Assembly: GCA_963733675.1 (NCBI GenBank)
Contig: CAVTET010000004.1
Span: forward strand, 320,001 to 384,000
Direction of reading: 5' to 3'
From: an uncultured Methanosarcinaceae archaeon
Lineage (GTDB): Archaea > Halobacteriota > Methanosarcinia > Methanosarcinales > Methanosarcinaceae
DNA length: 64,000 bases
This document shows positions 11,452 to 23,265 of the stretch, piece by piece (position 1 is the first letter of the stretch; every line of letters begins with the position of its first letter). Below the pieces are notes generated by a model that did not search any database, was not told the DNA's origin, and saw only the letters and a program-made list of their open reading frames with translations. The translations under genes and the position numbers were made by a program.

Positions 11452-12956
11452 TCTGGCTTCCTCCTTATTTGAGGGAAGAGAGATATTTTTATTAAGAGTC
11501 AGCAAAAGGATTTTTTTACATCCATAACTCTGAGGATTCCACTTAAAAACTCAGCTTTTGATATAAAATTCATCAGGATGTAACATCATTCGTGCAAAAA
11601 GAGGCTTTTTACTACTTTCGGGTGGTTTTATTCATTCCAATCGCAGAATGTGGGGAACAATTATAAATTTTTGCGATTAAAAAGGACCTTAAAAAGTCTC
11701 TAAATTTCTAGTCTTTACTTCATGTAGCAAGATCTAACATTACGAGCAAAAGTAAATTTTCTTCATATAATGATAGATGGTAGATATCAATTATCTTAAA
11801 TGTATACTCTTTTATTTTCCATATTATAATTTTAGTAGTATCTAAAAATATAAGAATATTGGCTTATTGCCATAGGAATTCATGGATTCAAATTTCATAC
11901 ACAGCAATAAAATACTTATAAAGATTAGTGTAATTGAAACTTAGCAAAGCTTCAAAATTTACTTTTTTAAATTTGGAATCATATCAATAAATTGTTGATC
12001 AAATCTAATAAAACGATTAATATCACTGCATTTTAAGAAAATAAATACAAATTTTTATGCTCACTATTATTAAGCAATTATTGGACATGGTAGTATTCCA
12101 AATTTTGAAATCAGATTAGGCCTGAAGTAAAAAAAGGAGATTAATACGAAAGAAATAGTACCAGTAGATCTCATGGGTGGATTATCGAGATTAATGTTTG
12201 GAACATAAAGAAATTGAGCATCCACACGAAATATGGCCTCATAGGTTAAATATCTAAGTGCATTCATAGTAACTGTACAAAGGAAAAACATCATGAATTG
12301 CCAAAAATCAAATTGCACATGTATCAGAAGAGACTAAAAATATCTAAGCACTTTGAGAAGGAGAAAGCTAAAACTCGTATTAAAACCACAAAATGTATTT
12401 TGATTGAACATTATTGAAAATTTCATCCGCAAAATGGTAGAAACCTTTTAAGGGTAATAAGAGAAGAATCATTAAATATATATTTACTCAATGCAGAGCC
12501 CTTTATATTTATGTAGAAATATAATATTGAGGACAAAAATAAGATTCCTAGTGGACTTAAAGTTATGATAAAAAATATGTAATCAATTTGGAATCCATAT
12601 ACTGTTTCGGATGTAAATATTCCACATTTAAGTCATCCATTATTGTATAACCCCGGAAGAAAGAAAGAATTGGATAATCTTTTCCGCGTCCTTAAGTTTC
12701 TTCAATGCTCTCTTTCGTTGAACTTTTAATTTAGGGTAAGTTAAGAGATTTATGCACTTGGCGATAAATCCATTTTTCTAAGTTTCAGAAATGTCAAATT
12801 TTACTGTGAAAACTAAAATGAAGAAAACTTGATGTATCAGGATGTCATAAATTTTAACAAATGTAGCATGCTCATATTGCGAAGCAGAAAATTGTTAAAT
12901 AAATAAGCTAGTGATTTGCTGAAGGGGCAAGCTAAAAAATCACAGGGAGATCCAAA

Positions 12957-14159
12957 GTGATAAATTCAATACTCGATAACGATCTTTACAAATTCACAAT
13001 GCAGCTAGCAGTACTAGAATTTTTTCCTAAAGCGGAAGCTGAGTATCGGTTTACCAACCGGGGATCCCAGCGCTTTTCCACAGAGTTTGTAGAAAAGCTC
13101 GAAAGAATCATAGAAGAGAAAATATCTAAGTTGAAGCTAACAGAAGAAGAATATTACTGGCTCCCTGAGTACTGCCCTTATCTTAAATCCATGTACTTAG
13201 AATACCTTAAAAACTTTCGTTTTAAGTTTGACGAGGTGAAAATTGGCCTAACGCAAGATAAAGATCTGGATATCCGGATAAAAGGGCCCTGGCACAGCAC
13301 TATTCTCTGGGAGGTGGTCCTTATGGCTGCAATCTCGGAACTTTATTTCGTAACCATTGAAAAGGATTGGAAGGTAAACTCAGAAAATAACTGCGCACAT
13401 AAATCTGTAATTGAAGCTTATAAAGAAAATATTCTTGAAATCGGAAAAGCTCTCGAAGAAAATAATTGTTTTTTTTCAGAATTCGGGACCCGTAGGCGTA
13501 GAAGTTTTGAATTTCATGAAAATGTAATTAAAACTCTCATTCCGATAAAGACTTTTGGAGGAACGAGTAATGTGTATTTCGCAAAGAAATATGGCTTGAA
13601 AGCAATAGGTACTGTCAGCCACGAGTGGATTATGGGTACTTCTGCTATTGTAGGTCTCAGGTACGCAAACCGCTTCGCTTTTGAAAACTGGGTAAATGTC
13701 TTTAATGGAGACCTCGGAATTGCCCTTACAGATACTTTCGGCTCGGATGTATTTTTTAAGGACATGGACACGAAGTTATCAAAAATCTACGATGGAGTCA
13801 GACATGATAGTGGAGACCCTTACTATTTTGTGGATAGGGTGATAGAGTATTATAGGAAAATTGGGATAGATCCTATAAGAAAAGTAATCGTTTTCAGTGA
13901 TGCTCTTGATTCGGAATCTGCAATCGAGATCAAAAAATATTGTGAAGGCAAAATCAACTGTAGTTTTGGGATAGGCACAAGCCTTACCAATAACTCAGTT
14001 TTCTTCAGGAAAAGTCCTCCTCTCAACATGGTCATAAAACTGCATAGAGTTAATGGTATTTCTGTGGTGAAATTAAGTGACTCTCCAGAAAAGGAAACCG
14101 GGGAAATAGATGCCCTCCGGGTCGCCAACTACATCTTTGGAAGAAAGGGACTGGATTAA
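12957..14159 (+). CDS. pncB: Nicotinate phosphoribosyltransferase
   Basis: [40 protein letters not shown]. Confidence 0.96.
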   Translation: MINSILDNDLYKFTMQLAVLEFFPKAEAEYRFTNRGSQRFSTEFVEKLERIIEEKISKLKLTEEEYYWLPEYCPYLKSMYLEYLKNFRFKFDEVKIGLTQDKDLDIRIKGPWHSTILWEVVLMAAISELYFVTIEKDWKVNSENNCAHKSVIEAYKENILEIGKALEENNCFFSEFGTRRRRSFEFHENVIKTLIPIKTFGGTSNVYFAKKYGLKAIGTVSHEWIMGTSAIVGLRYANRFAFENWVNVFNGDLGIALTDTFGSDVFFKDMDTKLSKIYDGVRHDSGDPYYFVDRVIEYYRKIGIDPIRKVIVFSDALDSESAIEIKKYCEGKINCSFGIGTSLTNNSVFFRKSPPLNMVIKLHRVNGISVVKLSDSPEKETGEIDALRVANYIFGRKGLD

Positions 14160-14603
14160 TGATGTGGTCCCACTATTACATGATTTATGTTATTATATAT
14201 AACTGAAGTCTCTAGAGAATTTCGAGAAACATCTACACATTTTAGTATTGAAATTTATAGAAATTCTATATAATGTATAACGTTTTTAATGCGGCAAAAT
14301 CAGTTCTTGCATAATAACATAGAAAATAAAATCAAGAATTATAATGTATATTATTAAACTAGTAACAGACGAAATTGAGGAATTAGACAATATTCCAGTA
14401 AAATTAATACTAAATTTTTTGCTGAAGTTTACTAGAGAACGAAATCTAGTGCTCCGCGCTCAATCAATAGATACATAAACTCAAAAATAAACTCCTAAAT
14501 AATAATAACGTAATTTAGTTAGGTATATATATTTTATGCCGCACAACTTTATAATATTGAATTTTATGTAGATGATTAAAAAATACAGTTGCAGAAGATC
14601 ATA

Positions 14604-14693
14604 GGGGATTTCGATAAATCTCTGATTTTCACGAATTTTATTATATACCTTTTATATGCATACGACAAAATTGAGGAGTTTATCGAAATCCTC
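14604..14693. mobile_element. ~88-bp MITE (family B) copy, best preserved
   Basis: GGGGATTTCGATAAAT...GTTTATCGAAATCCTC terminal inverted repeats. Confidence 0.8.
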
Positions 14694-14840
14694 ATAAATC
14701 CAAAAATCACTTGTCAATTCACATGCAATAAAACCAAATTTTTCTGATGGGAACAATTTTTTGAAGGCTAAATTCCATCATAATTTAGCTCGAAAAGTTG
14801 TTGTTATTTTTCACCAAATATACTGAAGCTTGTATAAATA

Positions 14841-15060
14841 AAAAAATGTGTGTGAATGTCTAAACAACAAAATTTAGTTACTATTTTTGACAATTTAGAC
14901 CCTCAAATCTATTTGGCCAATGCAGTTGACTCAAAAAAAATTGGCATCCGTGATCAAAGTCACATTTGAGTCTTCGATGGCAATTCACGGATTATTTTAG
15001 GTCCGATTTAAAACCAGAATAAACACAATCTTCTGGGCAAGGTAATTGTGAAGTAAATAT
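14841..15060 (+). repeat. ~220-bp dispersed non-coding repeat, copy 1 (copy 2 at 52265-52488)
   Basis: Shared core TGTGTGAATGTCTAAACAACAAAATTTAGTTAC..TTTTTGACAATTTAGA.CCTCAAATCTATTTGG. Confidence 0.85.
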
Positions 15061-15366
15061 ACAAAATAAATAGGATGCGAAGTTATTCATTTATTTGAGC
15101 ATTTAATTCAATAAATGCAGTGTTTTTTAGGTTATTAATAATTAAATTTTTTGGATACTCCTAGGTGCAGAAAGGAAATTTGACAATGTAAAGACAATTT
15201 CATAAATTCAAAAATCAGAAAATAATAAAAAGTCTCATAATTGAGCTGTATTTATCTTAGCAAAGAATCTTGAATATGATCTTCCTATTTGGTTATCACT
15301 CTTATTTTCAAGTTTATTATAGTAACAATATCCGACTTTAAACATGATTAGGATATAGAAGTCTCA

Positions 15367-16395
15367 CTAGAATACTCTAGCGTCCACAACCACATGCAGA
15401 ATACCAGGAGAATACTTCTTTATCCTGCGAGTCTCTAAAATTTCTACTTTCTTTTCCAGGGACTCTGCAGCTTTTCGGATCCTCTCTTGCGGTCTGATTC
15501 TGGCTAGATTTTCTGGGACCGTTTCATGATAGTGCAGAATACCCCCACTACTCTTCAGGGTTTTAATAGCCTGGCCCAGGTAATAATCCGTGTTTCCTAC
15601 ATACCCCATAAGAACGCGGTCAGCTGTTCCTTCGGGAGTAAACTTCGAGCAATCTCCAAAAATTGGGACAATTATATTTTCTACTCTATTTAGCTTGATA
15701 TTTTCCTCTAGGTAGGCAAAGGATTCAAGGTTTATTTCAATTCCTGTAATTTTTTTAGGCCTAGAATGGACAGCCATGGGAATTGAAAAATATCCTATTC
15801 CTGCGAACATGTCTACTACGATCTCTCCTTTTCCCTTCCTACTCATCCTTTTCCTCTCTTCAAGGTTGCCTTTGGAATACATCACTTTTGTTACGTCCTG
15901 CTTGAAGAAGCAGCCATGTTCTTTATGCAATGTTTCCGTCCTGCTTCCGAGAAGAAGTTCTCTTTTCGGCAGGCGAAACTGTCCTTCAATTCCAAAGTCT
16001 CTTACGACGCTTTTGCAACTTGGACACTTGGCAAGCAGAGCTTCAGCTATCCTCAATTTATTGTCTTCAAGTATTTCTGGTATTCTGACTATTATTATGT
16101 CTCCGAGAATCTGCCAGCCTGATGGGACATACACAAGTTCGGATTCAGAAAAGTGGTTTTCGAGGAATTCTTTCCAGATGTATGACTTTTCAAAAAATAC
16201 TGGATTTTCCTGCTCAATGACTGGAAAGTCTTCTACGATTTCATCTGCAGAATTTGTAAGAGGGATTTCCAGAAAATTGCCTTCATCAGTTTTGATTTTT
16301 TGGATTTTTCTGGCAGTATCGAGAAATTTTCCAGCTACTGCTTTTTTCCTTATTTCTTCCCCTTTTTCTGGAGGAATCCGGATTATCCTGTACAT
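15367..16395 (-). CDS. Trm5/TYW2 (Met-10+) family tRNA-modifying SAM-dependent transferase
   Basis: HKEHGCFF, DVTKVMYSKGN, VVDMFAGIGYF, GGILHYH. Confidence 0.88.
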   Translation of the reverse strand: MYRIIRIPPEKGEEIRKKAVAGKFLDTARKIQKIKTDEGNFLEIPLTNSADEIVEDFPVIEQENPVFFEKSYIWKEFLENHFSESELVYVPSGWQILGDIIIVRIPEILEDNKLRIAEALLAKCPSCKSVVRDFGIEGQFRLPKRELLLGSRTETLHKEHGCFFKQDVTKVMYSKGNLEERKRMSRKGKGEIVVDMFAGIGYFSIPMAVHSRPKKITGIEINLESFAYLEENIKLNRVENIIVPIFGDCSKFTPEGTADRVLMGYVGNTDYYLGQAIKTLKSSGGILHYHETVPENLARIRPQERIRKAAESLEKKVEILETRRIKKYSPGILHVVVDARVF

Positions 16396-16581
16396 TGGAA
16401 ATAAATGATAGAATACATAATATTAATTTTTTCTGTTCTAATTGTTCATGAAGAATTGATTATGAAATTAAAATGAAATTTTTCTAAAAAAGCACGAGTA
16501 AATGAAAGTACTTTTCATCTCACCATTTTTTTGACTATTGAGGATTTCGATAAACATCTGGTTTTTACGAGCTATTTATGT

Positions 16582-16731
16582 GGTTCCGTTGCAAAAAATC
16601 TGGCTTTCTTGCAAAATCAGAAAAAACCTTCACAATTAGGAAAGTTAATCATTTTCATTAGAAAGAAAATGATACACAAAGGTGAAAATTATAGTGTCAA
16701 AATGCAGAAATATTATTTTTGCAACGGAACC
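16582..16731 (+). mobile_element. 150-bp IS6-type MITE (family A) copy 3, inserted in a family-B MITE
   Basis: IS6 TIRs; left flank ATTTATGT (16574-16581) preceded by the left half of a family-B MITE (GAGGATTTCGATAAAC at 16540). Confidence 0.95.
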
Positions 16732-18539
16732 ATGGATAGTTTATTGAAAAATCTTTTCGGTGAAAATTACCCAGATCGCTTGTGGAATGGGATATACTCG
16801 TTAATCGATAAAGATAGTGTACTCTATACTAATTACAATGGTAGCGTTTATGCATTTGCTTTAAGCGATCCAAATAACCTCCTAAAGGCATAATCAAACG
16901 CTACGTGCTAGAAGATGCAGTTACTGCGATTCAGGGTAATAACCATCAAGCTAACACAAGAGTATCTGGCCTTTCTATGACTTACGATGGCCATATTGTT
17001 ATCACCTTTAGCAATGGAGTGGCTGTTATCAATCGTGACCTCAATGCTTCTTCTGCGTCTTTTTACAAGTTTGATGATGATGAATTTGTCACTAACTCAA
17101 TTGCGATAGATGAAAATAGTAGTATATATGTGGCGAGCAATACTATCATGCGCAAGCTCGTCTGGAACGGTACAACTCTTTCTGACAATGTGGCTGATGG
17201 TGCGTGGTTATGCCCGTACACCCATTCGGTACAACCTCCAATCGGCAAAAGTGGGAATGGAACAGGATCAACACCCACTCTCATGGGTTTAGGCAATGAT
17301 CCGGATAAGCTTGTGGTCATAACCGATGGTGCCAAACATATGAACCTTGTGGTATTCGGCGTGACAACATCCCCCCTGGATCCAACCACATCGCTGGGCA
17401 GATCCCAGTAACTTGCGGTTTTTCACCCCTTCCTGAATGGATACAATCGGAATCTTCTGTAGTCGTATATGGATACGGAGCTTTTGTGGCGAATCAGATA
17501 CCGAAAACTATTAGTTCTGACCTTGTAGGCCAAAACCTAATGCTTCAATTCATGCTCTTGGGCCCTGCATATCCAGGACCATATGGCGTTGAGCGCTTTC
17601 AATGGAATACATCAACACATCAATGGTCTTCAGTATGGGCACGATCAGATGTAAAGACAAATGCGACCCCAAATCACAGCCAGTCGGGTAATATGACTCT
17701 TTTCCCTGGTTATAGATTGCCATATGGCTGGGAAGTGCTCGGACTTGATTGGAATACAGGCAAAACCGTGCATCATACTCTTCGGAGATAAGAACTTCGG
17801 AAGCGCAGTATTTTCAGGTCCACTGGAGTATTTGAAAAATGGAGATCTGATTTTCAATTCGATAGTGGGCCCAATTCGTGTAGATTATGCAACAAATCCA
17901 AGTACCCCAAGTGCAGCTCTGACAATAGTAAAATCTGCAGATCCAACAAGTTATGATACTGTAGAACATACTATCACATACCATTACACTGTGACTAACT
18001 CAGGAAATGTAGATATCTCAGCACCGATAACTGTTGCAGACGACAATGCTGGTACAGTACCTATACAAAACAGTGGTATCCCTTAGTCCAGGTTCAAGTG
18101 TACAGGAACAACTACCTACAAAATAACAGATGCCGACATTAATGCAGGTCATGTGACTAATGCAGCATATGCAAAAGGATCATTCAAGAACAACCCAATA
18201 AGTTCACCACTAACAGTTGCTCTAGTTCATTATAAACAGCCAACCAAGAAAGAAGAGCATAATGAAGAGCACATTGGTGACAGAGATAACTATGGCGGAC
18301 CTGGCTATGGTGGTTATGGCGGTACTGTAATTCCTATGATCCCTGGACCAATGTCTAGCAGCCCGATGTATGGCAATTTACCTGATGGGTATGGTAATAT
18401 ACCTAATGTATATACCAGTGGACTTTCTACAGCAGAAATACAAAATTCAGAATCTAATACCCACAAAGCTAAAGCTAATTTGAGCAAACATAAACACCAT
18501 ACAACCAAACATCATAAAACAGGGAAAAAAAGCACTTAG
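16732..18539 (+). pseudogene. Fragmented large surface/secreted protein with DUF11/DUF7507-like Ig domain; 5' end lost at the MITE
   Basis: Consecutive fragments with stops and frameshifts (16905-17411, 17486-17791, 17724-18086, 18153-18539); ALTIVKSADP...TITYHYTVTNSGNV is DUF11-like. Confidence 0.75.
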
Positions 18540-18684
18540 TATTAAATGATAAAAAAACAGTTGAATTTCCAGATGGGTATCCACATCTGAAAGCATTGGA
18601 TATCCTGTATTACAATTTTGAAAACGAATCCAGTTAAATATATTAGGATTGTATTTATTATAAATAAGAGAATAATTAGACGAC

Positions 18685-19636
18685 TTAGAAAAAGAAAGAA
18701 AGGTATCTTGGAAAAGTTGTCTCTACTGTATGCCCAAATACAGTCACTTCGAATCTATACCGATACTTTTCAAATCTATCCGCATCAACTATATCAAACA
18801 CTTTATCTATGTGTTCTGGAAGAACTTGTGAAAACCCATTTTCTTCAGCATATATCGCAGAGGCTCTTAAAAGTTCAATTGCTTTCCTAGCATCTCCATG
18901 TGATTTAGCTGAGATTGCAGCACATAGATTAATAGTTTCTTCAATAATAGATCCTTCATTAAATGCCAATTTAACACGGTCACACAAAATAATTCGTATT
19001 TGATAGGTATCGTATAAAGGAAAAATAAAATCCTTAAAATTCATAGAAGATTTTACTCGTGGATCTAAATTTTCGCCATAGTGAAGATCATTCGAAATGC
19101 CTATAGTTGAGATAAAGTGACCGTTATTAAGAAATTTAGATTCTCCTGCTCGACTAATATTGTAGAGAAAATCGTTTTTTTTAGATAGTAGATTTCATAT
19201 AAAACTACCACAAGAGATACGTTATTCTCTTTGATGACCTTCCATAAGACAGAATAATAATAATCTAAAGAAAACCCTTTCATTGGAATTTTAGTTTCTG
19301 GATCGACCTGTTTAATCATTTCATACAAAATACTGTTCTCCATATGCTGAATTTCACACGAAATGTAAATCCATTTTAAGGTATGATCCATTATTTTTTT
19401 ACTTTCTAAGCGTTCTATCAACTTTTGAAGCAAGAACCTTGTTACTACTGTTTTCCCTGAACCTAGATAACCTAAAACTAATGTATTCGATGGATATCCT
19501 TTTGAGTCAAGTGGTTTAAAGATTCTTGCTAGTTTAGTGATTTCCCTTCTCTTTCCTATCAATTGCGAAGGGACATGATCAGGAGATAAACACAAAACTT
19601 CGCATTATCTGAAACAGTAACTATAAGATCCTTCAT
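18685..19636 (-). pseudogene. cdc6: Orc1/Cdc6 replication initiator pseudogene
   Basis: LSPDHVP, degenerate Walker A GYLGSGKT, degenerate Walker B LVVVLYEI, HGDARKAIELLR; frameshifted and internally deleted. Confidence 0.85.
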
Positions 19637-19754
19637 AACAATTAACTTAAATTCAATTAGGTTATATTGAAAATAAAAAAAATATAGAAAATTTTTATTA
19701 CCCTACAGATAAAACTACATAATACAACTATATAACAAAAAGGGGATCTAAAGA

Positions 19755-20219
19755 ATGGGTGTAGAAACAACTATCAGAGAAATTGCAGATGAACTTGAGA
19801 AAATAGCGACCACTAAGACTGTTGTTGGAGAACCCATTACTGCTGCTGGAAAAACAATTGTTCCCATTTCAAGAATTACTATGGGTTTCGGGGCCGGAGG
19901 TGGAGAAGGTAAGAAGGATAATGAATCGGGGTACGGAGGAGGTGGGGGTGCAGGAGTGAAGATAGAACCTGTGGCCTTCATCATGATTTCCGAAGAAGAA
20001 GCTAGAATTTTCCGTATCTCTGAGAAAAATGACGCTGGATCAATCCTTAGTGCCCTTCCAGATATGTTGCCTGATATTATAGACATGCTCAAAGGAAAAG
20101 GCAAGCATAAAAAAGAAGAAACTCTGGGAGAAATGGAGAACAAAGAAAAAAAAGATAGAGAGGAGGAAACAGCAGAATATACGGAAGCTCAAGTTAAGAA
20201 AGATAGCTGCTCGCAGTAA
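19755..20219 (+). CDS. GerW/YtfJ family protein
   Basis: KTVVGEPI, GFGAGGGEG, GGGGGAGVKIEPVAF. Confidence 0.88.
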   Translation: MGVETTIREIADELEKIATTKTVVGEPITAAGKTIVPISRITMGFGAGGGEGKKDNESGYGGGGGAGVKIEPVAFIMISEEEARIFRISEKNDAGSILSALPDMLPDIIDMLKGKGKHKKEETLGEMENKEKKDREEETAEYTEAQVKKDSCSQ

Positions 20220-20325
20220 ATTTCTTTGAAAATTAAACTCTTTCGAGGAATTTTCAGAAATGAAAATAAAGAACTAAGTTTCTCAAGACATTTAGAACTA
20301 TTCTTTTCCTCAGAATTTGTGTAGT

Positions 20326-21246
20326 ATGCCGTTCATAATCTATCTCTTCATTTTGGTTATTCTGTTGATTATATTTATACTTTTTACAGCAATAGGCCTC
20401 ACTATCAAGTTCAAAATCATAAGTTTGAAGGAAACTAAAGAATTAAGAAGCATATTTGCTGTAAAATGGTTGTTTTTTTCACACAATTTCTTAATTGAAA
20501 TGCCTCAAACTAACAAAAAAACTATTGAGGAACCTGAAGAGTCAAAAGCGGAAAAAGTAGTGGAAACTTGGAAGGATGAAAAAAGGTTTGAACAAAGTGA
20601 AAACATAGCAGAATACATTCCAAAAACAGAATGTAAAGTGCAAGCAGAAAAAAAGAGAGATATCAAAAAGAGAGAATTCGAAGAGAAAACAGTAACTAGT
20701 AAGGGTAAAGGAAAAATTGAAATTAAAAAAAAAACTGAGGATAGGGAAAAAACAGAATCAAATGGTAGAATAAGGGGAAAAGAAAGAATTAAAAAGGAAT
20801 ATGGGGCAGAGCCTAATAATGGGATGACCACCAAAGAAATGTTTCAATGGAGCTTTAAAGCATTTAATTCTCTCAGAAAACCATTATTTTGTCTGTTTTC
20901 TGATTTGTTAAATGGAATAAAAATTAAAAGCCTGGAATCTTGCATGACTTTTTGCCTCCCAGATCCTTCAGATACTGGTATTCTCTGTGGATTTCTGCAT
21001 GCTATCGCAGGATTTGTATACAGCCGTTGTAGGCATTGCAATTTTTCCATAAAACCTGAATTCATGGATCAAATGTTTGATTTTCAGGGAAATTTGGAAA
21101 TACGTATAAAAATACATTCTTTGATCCTTCCATTCATTAAATTTATATTTAACTGGAATACTTTATCTTTCACTTACTCGGTTGTGAAGGATATACTTCA
21201 GCGAAAATGGAAGTCTACGCGGAAGCCTAAATGGAAGTTTGCCTAG
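20326..21246 (+). CDS. DUF2953-like membrane-anchored protein
   Basis: N-terminal TM, Lys/Glu-rich linker, DPSDTGILCG motif; usual partner of YtfJ. Confidence 0.75.
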   Translation: MPFIIYLFILVILLIIFILFTAIGLTIKFKIISLKETKELRSIFAVKWLFFSHNFLIEMPQTNKKTIEEPEESKAEKVVETWKDEKRFEQSENIAEYIPKTECKVQAEKKRDIKKREFEEKTVTSKGKGKIEIKKKTEDREKTESNGRIRGKERIKKEYGAEPNNGMTTKEMFQWSFKAFNSLRKPLFCLFSDLLNGIKIKSLESCMTFCLPDPSDTGILCGFLHAIAGFVYSRCRHCNFSIKPEFMDQMFDFQGNLEIRIKIHSLILPFIKFIFNWNTLSFTYSVVKDILQRKWKSTRKPKWKFA

Positions 21247-21295
21247 AAGTCTAACTCTGAATCTTTATGAACAGGTAATGAGGATACAAGTGAAT

Positions 21296-22261
21296 ATGAT
21301 CAAAGTAGTGTCTCCCTCCAGATTGCATCTTACCCTAATAGACCTCAATGCAGAGCTCGGCAGAGTTGATGGGGGGGTAGGAATTACGCTGGAATACCCA
21401 TCCATGGAACTTTTGGCAGATAAGGCTGATAATATTGAAATTTTTGGAGGTTATGGTCTATCAGGAAAACTGAGAAAAGCGGCAGATTCTCTACTGCCTG
21501 CTGGGAAAGGTATTAAGCTCCATATTAACGACAGTATTCCTGACCATGTAGGTCTCGGTTCTGGGACTCAGGCTGCACTATCGGCAGCGGCAGCTTTAAA
21601 TAAAATTTACGGACTTGGAAAAAGTATTCGGGAACTCGCCGTTGCTGTGGGTAGAGGCGGAACTTCTGGGATAGGAGTTGCTGCTTTTGAATACGGTGGT
21701 ATCATCCTGGATGGAGGCCATAAATTTAAGGATAAACGTGAATTTTCTCCTTCTGCTGTCTCACATGTACCTCCTGGTCCTATGCTCTTCAGGAAAAATT
21801 TTCCGGACTGGCCGATTGTCCTTGCAATCCCCAATACTAAAGGAGTACATGGCTCAGAAGAAGTGGATATTTTCAAAAAATATTGCCCTATCCAGCTTGC
21901 GGAAGTCCAGGAGATTTCCCATGTAATCCTTACTCAGATGCTACCGGCAATAATGGAAGAAGACCTGGAAAGCTTCGGCAGGGCGATAAACCACTTCCAG
22001 ATTGCAGGTTTTAAGAAGCGTGAAGTCGAACTTCAGGAACGGCCTGTTCTGGACATCATGGAGTATCTGCGAGATAATGGAGCAAGTGGTTCAGGAATTA
22101 GTTCTTTTGGGCCAGTAGTTTACGGGATTGTTGGCAGCATCGAAGAAGGTAAAAAACTTCAGAAAGAATCTCAGCGAATGCTTAATGAGTCTCTTGGTGG
22201 GAAAGTATTGCTCACAAAGGCTAAAAATCGTGGCGCTGATATATTTGGGGGTTCTGCTTGA
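21296..22261 (+). CDS. Beta-ribofuranosylaminobenzene 5'-phosphate synthase (methanopterin biosynthesis, GHMP kinase family)
   Basis: SPSRLHLTLIDL, HVGLGSGTQ, GRGGTSGIG, DGGH, SSFGP. Confidence 0.93.
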   Translation: MIKVVSPSRLHLTLIDLNAELGRVDGGVGITLEYPSMELLADKADNIEIFGGYGLSGKLRKAADSLLPAGKGIKLHINDSIPDHVGLGSGTQAALSAAAALNKIYGLGKSIRELAVAVGRGGTSGIGVAAFEYGGIILDGGHKFKDKREFSPSAVSHVPPGPMLFRKNFPDWPIVLAIPNTKGVHGSEEVDIFKKYCPIQLAEVQEISHVILTQMLPAIMEEDLESFGRAINHFQIAGFKKREVELQERPVLDIMEYLRDNGASGSGISSFGPVVYGIVGSIEEGKKLQKESQRMLNESLGGKVLLTKAKNRGADIFGGSA

Positions 22262-23265
22262 AAATTAATACCTGGTTTGGAATTCTTGAGATAAGCAGAA
22301 CAGGAGAAATTATAGAATCCGAGCTTTTTTCAAAGGATAGCCAGGAGCTTGCATGTCATTCCCTTGCCATAAGAGAAAACATACCAAATCTTCTGCCTGT
22401 GAAATTTGATTTGAAAGCTGCAGCTATCGATTGTAGGTTTGTAGCTTCTCCTTCAGAATACTATTCCCTTTTACACGAAGTAACTCTAAAAACTACAAAA
22501 CTTCAAGTATCAGGAGCTCTTACCCCTGATCAGCGAATTATCCAGGCTGTGGAAGCCCTGGATGACATTAATGGAAATGTAAATTCCCTATCGGAAAGAC
22601 TTTTCGAATGGTATGGGATTTATTTCCCAGAAAGCGGTCTTGGAGGAGAAGCTCTTGCCATTTTTGTTGCATATTATGGTTCACCTAAGAATATAGAGTC
22701 TGAAAATCCTCTTTATTCAAAGACCATAAATTCCATGGGTGCAGAACTAGAAGCTGCAGATGAACTGCTTCTTAAAGGCTTTGCAGAAAGCGTCTACAGC
22801 CTGTATGAAAGAAAGAGACAGATAGAAACTTATATTGAAGATAGCATGGGATCTCTTTCACCGAACCTGAAACTCATTGCAGGCCCAATTCTTGGGGCAA
22901 GATTAATAAGCATTGCAGGGAGCCTAGAAAAACTTGCCGCTTTTCCTTCAAGTACCATTCAAGTTATAGGAGCTAGCAAGGCTCTCTTCAAGCACCTCCG
23001 AGCTCGAGCTCCATCTCCTAAACATGGAATTATCTACAGTCATCATCTAGTGAATACTGCTCCCTGGTGGGTAAGGGGAAAAATCTCAAGAGCACTTGCA
23101 GGAAAGTTATCCCTTGCTGCGAGACTCGACTATTATTCAGGCGAAAAAGATCCCACTCTTGTAGAAAAACTTGAAACAAAGGTCCGACAGATCAAGGCTT
23201 CGAATCCAAAATCTCCTCAAAGAACGCAAGTAAATGAGACAAAAACCAAAAAAAGGAAGAAGTAA
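22258..23265 (+). CDS. nop5: Box C/D RNP protein Nop5 (Nop56/58)
   Basis: EWYGIYFPE, STIQVIGA.KALFKHL, PKHGIIY; adjacent to fibrillarin. Confidence 0.93.
   Translation: MKINTWFGILEISRTGEIIESELFSKDSQELACHSLAIRENIPNLLPVKFDLKAAAIDCRFVASPSEYYSLLHEVTLKTTKLQVSGALTPDQRIIQAVEALDDINGNVNSLSERLFEWYGIYFPESGLGGEALAIFVAYYGSPKNIESENPLYSKTINSMGAELEAADELLLKGFAESVYSLYERKRQIETYIEDSMGSLSPNLKLIAGPILGARLISIAGSLEKLAAFPSSTIQVIGASKALFKHLRARAPSPKHGIIYSHHLVNTAPWWVRGKISRALAGKLSLAARLDYYSGEKDPTLVEKLETKVRQIKASNPKSPQRTQVNETKTKKRKK

Noticed and set aside
12070-12790. Coding-like fragments here and at 1400-1660, 46410-46677 and 60460-60860
   Set aside because: Probably decayed genes, but no family could be recognised by eye.
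16531-16893. ORFs sharing GSVAK...FCNGT (also 9842-10081, 10438-10653, 33799-33993, 52514-52813)
   Set aside because: They are read-throughs of the 150-bp MITE, not a protein family; copy 1 has an internal stop.
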